This document shows, piece by piece, positions 1-6,419 of a stretch of 7,210 nucleotides of DNA. The position numbers and the translations under genes are program-made. This stretch comes from a virus. Lineage: Duplodnaviria > Heunggongvirae > Uroviricota > Caudoviricetes. The notes under the pieces were generated by a model. The model was not told where the DNA came from. It did no database searches and saw only the letters and a program-made list of their open reading frames with translations. Location: the IMG/VR virus record IMGVR_UViG_2778261667_000004, positions 1 to 7,210 of that record; one strand, given 5' to 3'. The first letter of the stretch is position 1; each line of letters opens with the position of its first letter.

Positions 1-567
1 TTCTTGCACCGTCTGATAGAGCGTCATCTCTTCAGCATTGTGCCGTATAAAATCTGCTTTCCCGCCTATTTTTCCATCAGCATGAACAGGCACCAACCAG
101 GGGTGCTTGAGGCGAACTTCAATCGGTGCTGCATGTTGATGGTGCCACTTACACAACGGGAGGACGTATTTATGGGCATCTTTAGCCGTTCTGCCAAATA
201 TGTGGTGGAGAGATACGACAGGGCTATACTTCCCGTGAAGATGGCAGGCAATACAGGGGAGTTTGCCTATAGCGTCCTGTATCCGGCGCTCTTCTGCTGT
301 GAGTGATCTCCCTTTTAATCCGCGTGACGTGCGCGTTTTTTTGGGGAGGGCTGACGTCGCTCTCTCTCTTCTGCGCTGTTCACTTTGCCTCGCTTTTTCA
401 AGTTTCTTTTGACGATATTCAGGCGATGCGGCTTTTTCCCTTGCGCGTTGCTGCTGGCGTTGAGCCTGCTGAAGACGTTTTGCCCTTTGCTCTTCCCGCC
501 ATTCCGGATCAGCCAGTTTTTGCATGGCTTTTTGTCTCTGTTTCTCCCAATAACTCTGTCTCTGCAT
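1..567 (-). CDS. Ref-like HNH endonuclease (P1 recombination enhancement function family), 3' end beyond window start; alternative start at 525
   Basis: Reverse-strand frame open from 567 to position 1 with no stop, so not in the ORF track. Translation: MQRQSYWEKQRQKAMQKLADPEWREEQRAKRLQQAQRQQQRAREK...GLKGRSLTAEERRIQDAIGKLPCIACHLHGKYSPVVSLHHIFGRTAKDAHKYVLPLCKWHHQHAAPIEVRLKHPWLVPVHADGKIGGKADF...TVQE. Basic, probably disordered N-terminus followed by a CxxC...HH...CxxHH zinc/HNH-type motif, matching my recollection of P1 Ref. Only weak SD-like AAGAGA upstream of ATG 567. Confidence 0.7.
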   Translation of the reverse strand, partial: MQRQSYWEKQRQKAMQKLADPEWREEQRAKRLQQAQRQQQRAREKAASPEYRQKKLEKARQSEQRRRERATSALPKKTRTSRGLKGRSLTAEERRIQDAIGKLPCIACHLHGKYSPVVSLHHIFGRTAKDAHKYVLPLCKWHHQHAAPIEVRLKHPWLVPVHADGKIGGKADFIRHNAEEMTLYQTVQE

Positions 568-685
568 GTTGGCTGTCTCTTACTTATCAGCGATTTTTTA
601 TAATTGATCATATTTGTTAGTTATTCAAAATTGATTTCTAACATAAAACATTAATATCATCACTGATAACTGTTTGGAGGACATG
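568..685. promoter_or_regulatory. Divergent AT-rich control region between Ref-like gene and rightward operon; inverted repeat TGTTAG(615-620)-N17-CTAACA(638-643); candidate -35 TTGATT (631-636)
   Basis: Non-coding AT-rich stretch between two divergently oriented starts. Inverted repeat and TTGATTT/TCTAACATA words are shared with 4767-4788. The -10 is ambiguous (TAATAT 652-657 at 15 bp spacing, or TATCAT 655-660 at 18 bp). Confidence 0.3.
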
Positions 686-838
686 ATGCTTATAGCTTTA
701 AGTGCGATCCACCAGCCATCTGTGAATGAGATCGGTCTGTTCTATGTGCTGTTTTTCGGGGCGTTGGCGCTACTTGAGCTTGGTATTGAGCTTTTTGCCG
801 TGCTGATGTTTTGCGTCACGATGCTGGGGAAATTTTGA
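686..838 (+). CDS. Small hydrophobic (membrane) protein, about 50 aa, first gene of rightward operon; not in ORF track
   Basis: GGAGG at 676-680, then ATGATG (683/686). Translation: MLIALSAIHQPSVNEIGLFYVLFFGALALLELGIELFAVLMFCVTMLGKF. Stop TGA 836-838 overlaps ATG 838 of the next gene (TGATG). Hydrophobic stretch long enough for 1-2 TM helices. Confidence 0.45.
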   Translation: MLIALSAIHQPSVNEIGLFYVLFFGALALLELGIELFAVLMFCVTMLGKF

Positions 839-1461
839 TGGTGAAACGTGTTTTGAAAATTTACATCGCGGGGCCGATGACTGGTTATCCAGAGTACAAC
901 CGCGCGGCGTTTAATGCGAAAGCGAGCGAGTTGATGGCTGAAGGGCATATCGTTCTGAATCCGGCGGTATTACCTGGTGGCCTTTGTCAGAGTGAATACA
1001 TGGATATTTGCCTGGCAATGGTGCGTTCTGCTGATGCTATCTATCTGCTTAAGGGCTGGGAATCGTCCTCAGGAGCACGAGCAGAACATGACCTGGCTGA
1101 AAAACTGAGGCTTACGGTAATTTATGAATCGCCATCTGACAGAGATTGCAGAATGGCAGCGCATATTTACCGTGAACTGGTCAATGCGTTGTGTGATGTT
1201 GCTATTGAATGTCACGGCACGGATCAGCTTCGCGCTCGCTTAAGCAATACCCTTTCCAGCTACCTGTCTTTAGCTGAAGGATACAACCTCCGGCAGCGGA
1301 GAATGGTCAAATTAATCACGCGTTTATCTCAATCCCTGGCAAATGCCGAACCAACTAATCCGCTACCTAATGACGCAATGAATTATCTGAAGTCATGCGG
1401 CGTTGTTTCTGAAGATGCAGTTCGTTTTGTGGAGTTTATGTCTCAGAGGATGTCGGCGTGA
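838..1461 (+). CDS. DUF4406-family protein (nucleoside 2-deoxyribosyltransferase-like fold) with about 100-aa C-terminal extension of unknown function
   Basis: N-terminal KIYIAGPMTGYPEYNRAAFNAKASELMAEGHIVLNPAVL...AIYLLKGWESSSGARAEHDLA...VIYES matches the DUF4406/NDT-like signature as I recall it. GGGGAA about 7 nt upstream of ATG 838. The track's TTG 811 start would overlap the upstream small ORF, so ATG 838 is preferred. Confidence 0.8.
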   Translation: MVKRVLKIYIAGPMTGYPEYNRAAFNAKASELMAEGHIVLNPAVLPGGLCQSEYMDICLAMVRSADAIYLLKGWESSSGARAEHDLAEKLRLTVIYESPSDRDCRMAAHIYRELVNALCDVAIECHGTDQLRARLSNTLSSYLSLAEGYNLRQRRMVKLITRLSQSLANAEPTNPLPNDAMNYLKSCGVVSEDAVRFVEFMSQRMSA

Positions 1462-1775
1462 GCTGGCGGGGATGGGGAAGGGCAGAAATCATGATACTCC
1501 GCCAGTGCGCCGGGACTATGACGGTCGAGAGTATCGGGAAGCTGATCGGTCGTACCGGTGATGCCGTCAGGACTAAAGCGCGGGAGCTGAGAATCAGCAT
1601 GATTCTGAAAGGTGACTTTCACCAGTCAGCCAAATACCGGCAGAGCGATATAGAGCTGGCGCGGCAGCTTCATCAGTGTGGCGTTCCCCGCCGTGAGATC
1701 GCAGAAAAACTCGAAATGCCCCTGGGCATGATTAATCAGTACGTTTATTTCGAAAGGAGAGTGCATGAAGTCTGA
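1458..1775 (+). CDS. GcrA-like / tandem helix-turn-helix DNA-binding protein
   Basis: GTG start in a GTGA overlap with the upstream stop; AGAGGA 8 nt upstream. MSW...IGKLIGRTGDAVRTKARELRIS resembles the GcrA N-terminal HTH; second HTH-like segment DIELARQLHQCGVPRREIAEKLEMPLGMINQY. Confidence 0.65.
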   Translation: MSWRGWGRAEIMILRQCAGTMTVESIGKLIGRTGDAVRTKARELRISMILKGDFHQSAKYRQSDIELARQLHQCGVPRREIAEKLEMPLGMINQYVYFERRVHEV

Positions 1776-2202
1776 AGGTTTAACGCCAGAGCAACTGGCG
1801 GCGGAGAATGCGGCATTGCGTGAAGTAGTTGAACGCATGATAAATCAATTTGCAATGAGCGGTATTTCTCCAGAAGAGAAGTCAATCAATCCCGCAGCGT
1901 CGCTCATGTTTGATGCTAAATCAGCATTGTCTATGCCTGCAACTGACGCTTTCCTGGCTGAAGTTCGTGCTGAGGCACGCAACGAGGGGATTAACTATAC
2001 CGCAAGCCGTCTTGCTGCTGCTTTTAACCACGGATTTATCAATAAGTCTTTACGTGAAGTTTTCGACGTTACGCGCATGATTCTGTCAGCAAAAGAAGAG
2101 TTGGCTAATGAACCGCACCCGATTGATGGCCTGTCCGGTGAATATGCGGAGAAATCCCTGGAAGAATGGGCAGAACAGATTCGCAAAGGAGGTGATAAGT
2201 GA
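1765..2202 (+). CDS. Ea22-like protein, short paralog carrying only the coiled-coil plus PATDAFLAEVRA module
   Basis: AGGAGA SD then ATG 1765. Contains LAAENAALREVVERM and SMPATDAFLAEVRAEARNEGI, the same modules as in 2618-3322 and 6665-7210. Confidence 0.75.
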   Translation: MKSEGLTPEQLAAENAALREVVERMINQFAMSGISPEEKSINPAASLMFDAKSALSMPATDAFLAEVRAEARNEGINYTASRLAAAFNHGFINKSLREVFDVTRMILSAKEELANEPHPIDGLSGEYAEKSLEEWAEQIRKGGDK

Positions 2203-2609
2203 AGAAGATGATTTTTGTGGCGGCATTGGTGGCCATTACCCAACAGGCACAGGCTTCAGCAGTTATTGTGGCATCTACCGCCGCGACAACGGCTGCTGTA
2301 GCTGCTGCGAACTCTGCGAATATCGCAAACCAACAGGCACAGCGTGCTGCCAATGCATCAGCCGGTGTTCAACCAATTACCATTAAGGCCAGTAAGCAAA
2401 ATCTGGGGTTCATAACGTGCGGCAAGCGTTCTTATGAAGCTGTAGGCTCTCTGGGATGTACGGTATATGGCGATAGTGAGAGTAGAGAAATTCCATGGAA
2501 AACGTGGCCCGGATACGTTCTCGGCTCGAAGCTCCCGGCCAGCTATGAAGTAAACGCCGTATCGTTTGATCACTATAACGGCGTGGCAACTGTCTATTTT
2601 GCATATTGA
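2199..2609 (+). CDS. Secreted/periplasmic protein of unknown function (signal peptide, Ala/Thr/Asn-rich linker, two-Cys C-terminal domain)
   Basis: AGGAGGT SD then GTG 2199 in a GTGA overlap. N-terminus MKKMIFVAALVAITQQAQA|SAV is a textbook Sec signal with AxA cleavage site. Low-complexity linker, then globular C-terminus with Cys-x13-Cys. No lipobox. Confidence 0.7.
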   Translation: MKKMIFVAALVAITQQAQASAVIVASTAATTAAVAAANSANIANQQAQRAANASAGVQPITIKASKQNLGFITCGKRSYEAVGSLGCTVYGDSESREIPWKTWPGYVLGSKLPASYEVNAVSFDHYNGVATVYFAY

Positions 2610-2617
2610 GGCTCCGC

Positions 2618-3322
2618 ATGAAATTCTCCAAATTTTCTGAGTTGGTGAATCGTATTTTGTCCAACAACCACAGCCATCATAGCGATATGGATGTGACGAT
2701 CGTTGTTCATTCGCCTGGCAGCATTGGTTCAACACCCTCAGTTGAGGTTCAGTCAATTCACGCTGGTTTTGATTGGGATTCCGGGAAAGTGCTGATTTTC
2801 CCAGCACAGCCACTGACCACGCTAACACCAGAACAGATTACTGATATTACTGATAGTGTGCGCAAAGGTCAGTCCTGGCACGCATATCAGGAATACAAGA
2901 AGCATAAAGAGCAGTTGGAAAAATTGTCGATTGAACTTGATGCCGCAAAACAGCGCGTTGCAGAGCTGGAGAGCAATCGAGCGGCGCTGGCGGCGGAGAA
3001 TGCAGGGCTAAAGGCGATATGTGATGACCGTCGCAGGCTCATCATGAATGGGGTGCAGATGGGTTATATCAAGGTGCCAACAGCGGAAACAGATCCAGAC
3101 CTTGAGACAATACGTATTGCTATATCACCACAAAAGCCCATTCCAGCCACCGATGCTTTCTTGGCTGAAGTGCGGGCGGAGGCGTTTAACGACCTTTGCG
3201 CGGCGTTTGTCATGGACGCGAGGGGAGTAGGACTGGATGATGACGAGCTAGTGACGCTTAAAGATGCGACAGGTGCGCTGCTGCATTGTGCAGAACAGCT
3301 TAGGGAAGGGGGCAGTCAGTGA
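2618..3322 (+). CDS. Ea22-like protein (Ead/Ea22 family), full-length paralog with distinct N-terminal domain
   Basis: GAGG SD then ATG 2618 (track TTG 2606 would overlap the upstream stop). Coiled-coil NRAALAAENAGLKAICDD and PIPATDAFLAEVRAEAFNDL shared with the other two Ea22-like genes; unique N-terminal domain (DVTIVVHSPGSIGSTPSVEVQSIHAGFDWDSGKVLIFP). Confidence 0.8.
   Translation: MKFSKFSELVNRILSNNHSHHSDMDVTIVVHSPGSIGSTPSVEVQSIHAGFDWDSGKVLIFPAQPLTTLTPEQITDITDSVRKGQSWHAYQEYKKHKEQLEKLSIELDAAKQRVAELESNRAALAAENAGLKAICDDRRRLIMNGVQMGYIKVPTAETDPDLETIRIAISPQKPIPATDAFLAEVRAEAFNDLCAAFVMDARGVGLDDDELVTLKDATGALLHCAEQLREGGSQ
2981..3002 (+). repeat. 22-bp direct repeat (GCGGCGCTGGCGGCGGAGAATG), identical copy at 6968-6989, 16-bp core also at 1797-1815
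   Basis: Exact string match read from the sequence; encodes the AALAAEN coiled-coil segment of the Ea22-like paralogs. Confidence 0.85.
3143..3180 (+). repeat. About 38-bp near-identical direct repeat (PATDAFLAEVRA-coding), partner at 7118-7156, more diverged copy at 1936-1977
   Basis: CCAGCCACCGATGCTTTCTTGGCTGAAGTGCGGGCGGA versus CCAGCCACCGATGCTTTTCTGGCTGAAGTACGGGCGCA; a handful of mismatches by eye. Confidence 0.8.
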
Positions 3323-3618
3323 ATATCGACACCACGATAACGATCGACACGGCTCTCAACACAGGTTTGGCCTTGCTCGGTTGGGTTTACATCATGTTCA
3401 GTGCAGTACGGTGGGTGAAATCTGTTTTTCTAAAGCAGTGGGATAAACTCCGCGAAAAATCACGCCGCCAACAGGCCGTAGATGAATTTTGCGATGCATT
3501 TTCTTTGGAATGCATGGAGCCAGGTAGCACCATCCGCATCGCAACGAAGGAGGACTTGATAATTATGATGTATCGACAGGAGAAGGCAAATGACAGAACA
3601 GACGATGACAAATCGTGA
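3319..3618 (+). CDS. Small single-pass membrane protein, unknown function
   Basis: GTG start inside the junction GGGGGCAGTCAGTGA (3308-3322), overlapping the upstream stop. One predicted TM segment (TALNTGLALLGWVYIMFSAV). Confidence 0.5.
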   Translation: MNIDTTITIDTALNTGLALLGWVYIMFSAVRWVKSVFLKQWDKLREKSRRQQAVDEFCDAFSLECMEPGSTIRIATKEDLIIMMYRQEKANDRTDDDKS

Positions 3619-3814
3619 ACTTGTTGATGCCGCGATTGAACTTGCTGGCGATTTTTATTCCATGATGGGTTACGAGCATCGACCTGGTTTTAAGTATTGG
3701 GAGTCACCGCATCCGCAAGAACGACAGGTGTTTGAAATGGCCTGCCGTGCTTTTGAGGTTATTCGCGGCTCTGATGTGATGGATGCCGTTGCCGACTTGG
3801 AGGATGAAGAGTGA
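3590..3814 (+). CDS. Small acidic protein, unknown function (74 aa)
   Basis: AGGAGAAGG SD immediately upstream of ATG 3590; 29-nt overlap with the upstream gene; acidic composition with DLEDEE tail. Confidence 0.55.
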   Translation: MTEQTMTNRELVDAAIELAGDFYSMMGYEHRPGFKYWESPHPQERQVFEMACRAFEVIRGSDVMDAVADLEDEE

Positions 3815-4041
3815 GCATCATTAAAGAAATGCCGGTAGAACGTGATGAATATGGCTGCTGGACACATCCTGAATATGAAAAATTCTGTGATGGTAGAGAA
3901 CTTATTTCAACGGAAGAGTTTGACACCTGGATGAAGGAAAAGAATCTTCAGTGGACTATTCGCAGTATGGATGAAGATGATTTTAATCTGGGCGCAGATG
4001 GTCCGGTTTGTATCTGGCTGCGGGAGAAGGTTGCCGCATGA
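3811..4041 (+). CDS. Small acidic protein, unknown function (76 aa)
   Basis: GTG 3811 in a GTGA overlap with the upstream stop; its stop overlaps the phosphatase ATG (ATGA at 4038-4041). Two Cys pairs (GCW...FCDG; GPVCIW). Confidence 0.55.
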   Translation: MSIIKEMPVERDEYGCWTHPEYEKFCDGRELISTEEFDTWMKEKNLQWTIRSMDEDDFNLGADGPVCIWLREKVAA

Positions 4042-4730
4042 CCCAGGCGCTGCATGAAGTGAATTTATATAGCCGTATTGATGGTTCAGGCTACAGAAAC
4101 ATATGGGTTGTTGGTGATTTGCACGGTTGCTACACCCTGCTTATGAATAAACTCCATCGTGTGGATTTTGACCCGACACAGGATTTACTGATATCGGTTG
4201 GCGACCTTATCGATCGCGGCACAGAAAATGTTGAATGCCTGGAGCTATTGCAGATGCCCTGGTTTCGGTCGGTTATGGGAAACCACGAGCGATTAATGAT
4301 CGATGCGTTAAGTCCCTCTGGCAACGTGAATAACTGGCTAATGAATGGCGGTCAGTGGTTCTTTATGCTGGATAGTGATAAGGAAGTTTTAGCCGGGGCG
4401 CTGGTGGAGCTGGTTAGACGACTGCCTTATATCATAGAGCTGAACACAGGGCAGGAGACTATTGTCATTGCTCATGCTGACTATCCGGATAGAGAGTATC
4501 AGTTTGGCAAGGATGTGTCGCTTTTCAATGTCATCTGGTCGCGAGACCGTGTTAGTGACTCGATAGATGGCATCGGTGAAGAAATCACAGGCGCAGATCG
4601 CTTTATCTTTGGACACACACCGGTACGAAGACCAAAAGCATTCTGGAATCAGCACTACATAGACACAGGCGCGGTTTTTTGCGGAAATCTGACGCTAATA
4701 CAGGTGAAGGGAGGGCAGCTTAAAGTCTGA
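4038..4730 (+). CDS. PPP-family Ser/Thr protein phosphatase, PrpA/PrpB / lambda-phosphatase (ApaH-related) type
   Basis: Canonical metallophosphoesterase motifs in order: GDLHGC (GDxHG), GDLIDRG (GDxxDRG), GNHE, plus later His residues. Length and layout resemble E. coli PrpA as I recall it. GGAGAAGG SD before ATG 4038; track TTG 4008 rejected. Confidence 0.92.
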   Translation: MTQALHEVNLYSRIDGSGYRNIWVVGDLHGCYTLLMNKLHRVDFDPTQDLLISVGDLIDRGTENVECLELLQMPWFRSVMGNHERLMIDALSPSGNVNNWLMNGGQWFFMLDSDKEVLAGALVELVRRLPYIIELNTGQETIVIAHADYPDREYQFGKDVSLFNVIWSRDRVSDSIDGIGEEITGADRFIFGHTPVRRPKAFWNQHYIDTGAVFCGNLTLIQVKGGQLKV

Positions 4731-4756
4731 TCAAACCATTTATGCACTCAAAAATT

Positions 4757-4795
4757 CGTTAGAACATTGATTTTAGTTTTCTAACATATTATTTT
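4757..4795 (+). promoter_or_regulatory. Candidate sigma70 promoter (TTGATT 4767-4772, N17, TATTTT 4790-4795) overlapped by inverted repeat GTTAGAA(4758-4764)-N14-TTCTAAC(4779-4785)
   Basis: 98-bp AT-rich intergenic gap after the phosphatase stop. Hexamers match consensus 4/6 and 4/6 at 17-bp spacing. Perfect 7-bp inverted repeat spans the -35 and spacer. Confidence 0.35.
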
Positions 4796-4828
4796 ACCGA
4801 TCGGAACAAAACAGAGTCGGTATGCATT

Positions 4829-5824
4829 ATGAGTGCAATAATCACCCCATATGTCGTAAATGAAACTGGTGTGGCTGTCTTTCCTGTAGATAAGCCCACC
4901 AGCAATTACATCGGCGCAGGACGCCGTTTCATTATCTCTCCACTTCCGCGTGAACAGGCGGAAAACACGCCAGATGGCGTAGTGGATCTGAATTATTCGC
5001 TGGTTGCCAACCAGTCTCTGAAACCATTTTTTCAAAGCGAGCGCGTATTTAACGCATTAGGCGGTGAAGATTCGCTTGTTCATTGGGTAAGTTCCAATAT
5101 CCACGATTGCCAGGCGCACGATAAGCGCGATTGCAGCCACCAGCTAACCACCCATTTCTATAACGGTTCTGCCGTTCGTCTGTGCTGGAAGCATGATGCG
5201 GAATACATGATGAAGGGATACGACAAGCTGGAAGACCAACTGTCACTGAATCGCGCCAACTGGATTATGAACTGGGCTGCCAGCGAGTTAAAACTTCCGC
5301 CAGATCGCGATCTGAGCATGGTTGAACTCACCTTTTGGGCCATTCGCCGGAATCTTAAAGACGAACTGCCTGATGAAGCTGGTCGCATTGCATTTTGTCA
5401 GCCAAAAACTGAAATCCCTACCGGCACCCTGAAAGAGTCGGATATTACCTGGGAGCATAGTACCCGCGAGCTGGTGGATATTTCCGCAGAGCAGATCGTC
5501 AATCTGTCCGTCGATGAAGATTCTGGCCTCCTATATATGCGCCGTCCAAAAACCTTACTCGGAAAAAGCCAGGCTTATCTCCGGTTTGTGGTGTCTCGCC
5601 CATGTGTAGGCTGCGGCGGCAAGGTTAATCACCCGTTCATGTACCGTGCCCGCTCATTAAACGAACACGACCGCTGGGCTGTTCCTCTTTGCGATGACTG
5701 CGCCAGAAGCGCAGAAAACGATGTCCGGGCATGGGAAAAAGCACATGGAATACGCCTTTACGTAGCAGCTAACCAGCTTTTCGACTTCGCCATCGAGCGC
5801 GGAGTGATCACGTTCAATAACTGA
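4829..5824 (+). CDS. DUF968-like prophage protein with C-terminal Cys-rich (CxxC...NEH...CxxC) Ref/HNH-like zinc motif
   Basis: 331-aa ORF after the promoter-like region. C-terminus RPCVGCGGKVNHPFMYRARSLNEHDRWAVPLCDDCARS parallels the PCIAC...HH...PLC motif of the Ref-like gene. Overall resemblance to enterobacterial prophage DUF968 proteins is from memory. Weak SD. Confidence 0.7.
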   Translation: MSAIITPYVVNETGVAVFPVDKPTSNYIGAGRRFIISPLPREQAENTPDGVVDLNYSLVANQSLKPFFQSERVFNALGGEDSLVHWVSSNIHDCQAHDKRDCSHQLTTHFYNGSAVRLCWKHDAEYMMKGYDKLEDQLSLNRANWIMNWAASELKLPPDRDLSMVELTFWAIRRNLKDELPDEAGRIAFCQPKTEIPTGTLKESDITWEHSTRELVDISAEQIVNLSVDEDSGLLYMRRPKTLLGKSQAYLRFVVSRPCVGCGGKVNHPFMYRARSLNEHDRWAVPLCDDCARSAENDVRAWEKAHGIRLYVAANQLFDFAIERGVITFNN

Positions 5825-5840
5825 TGGAGTGGATCAAAAA

Positions 5841-6419
5841 ATGAAAGAACGCGGGATGATTTTTAACGATGAAATGGTCCGGGCAATTCTTGGCGGGAAT
5901 AAAACACAGACTCGCAGGATTGTTGAAGAAAAATTCTATGGACGGGCAGTGGCCGCAGAGTTGCTTGCCAAGCATTGTCCATATGGTCAACCGGGCGATC
6001 GTATTTGGGTTCGCGAAACCTACCGGGTACATGGCAAAGCGACGGACGTCGCAACGCTGGTTTATCGCGCAAGCGTGCGTAACTCCTGGACAGAACAAAC
6101 GCACCGGGTTCCGGTCGAGGTTTGTAATAAACCAGTATCAGAAAAGTGGACGCCATCAATTCACATGCCGCGCTGGGCATCGCGCATTTTGCTGGAAATT
6201 ACCGACGTGCGTGTGGAACGGCTGCATGACATGAGCGAGGCAGATGCTAAAGCAGAAGGCGCAACTCCGGCGACGTACAAGATTACGCCACCTGAAGCTG
6301 TTTATCGCGTTGGTTTTGGTGATATCTGGCGCAGTATTTACGGGCAGGATAACTGGCTATCTAACCCGTTGGTATGGGTAATAGAGTTTAAGCGTATTCA
6401 GGGGGCAACCAGTGAGTGA
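5841..6419 (+). CDS. ASCH-domain (PUA-like fold) protein
   Basis: MIFNDEMVRAILGGNKTQTRR matches the ASCH signature (compare E. coli YqfB DDILAGRKTITIR), followed by GDRIWVRETYRV and C-terminal VWVIEFKRI (YqfB ends FYVIEFK). Start ambiguous: GTG 5829, ATG 5841 or ATG 5856. Confidence 0.75.
   Translation: MKERGMIFNDEMVRAILGGNKTQTRRIVEEKFYGRAVAAELLAKHCPYGQPGDRIWVRETYRVHGKATDVATLVYRASVRNSWTEQTHRVPVEVCNKPVSEKWTPSIHMPRWASRILLEITDVRVERLHDMSEADAKAEGATPATYKITPPEAVYRVGFGDIWRSIYGQDNWLSNPLVWVIEFKRIQGATSE

Noticed and set aside
66-251. 61-aa reverse-strand ORF
   Set aside because: Alternative frame inside the Ref-like gene; short with no features.
4-306. 100-aa plus-strand ORF from the track
   Set aside because: It is the antisense shadow of the Ref-like reverse-strand gene, which has a coherent Cys/His nuclease motif; no SD or recognisable protein features.
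315-611. 98-aa highly basic (K/R-rich) reverse-strand ORF
   Set aside because: Off-frame overlap of the purine-rich 5' region of the Ref-like gene; low-complexity K/R composition is a frame artefact. The Ref-like frame continues into a conserved domain and this one does not.
303-620. Plus-strand ORFs 303..620 and 385..603
   Set aside because: Pyrimidine-rich antisense of the Ref-like gene giving Leu/Phe/Ser-rich nonsense; no start context.
811-837. Upstream TTG/GTG extensions proposed by the track (811, 2606, 4008, 5829)
   Set aside because: Each extension overlaps the preceding gene and lacks an SD, while an internal ATG with proper SD spacing lies just downstream (838, 2618, 4038, 5841). 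The 5829/5841/5856 choice remains uncertain.
2108-2386. Cys-rich 92-aa plus-strand ORF (CCSCCELCEY...CCQC)
   Set aside because: Frame artefact of GCT/GCG-rich Ala codons. It overlaps two better-supported genes, and the signal-peptide frame with an AGGAGG SD explains the region.
2358-2828. 156-aa reverse-strand ORF
   Set aside because: Antisense to the secreted-protein and Ea22-like genes; no SD or domain; the plus-strand genes are coupled and have recognisable features.
4731-4766. Possible rho-independent terminator after the phosphatase
   Set aside because: No GC-rich hairpin followed by a T-tract was found; the gap looks like a promoter/operator instead.
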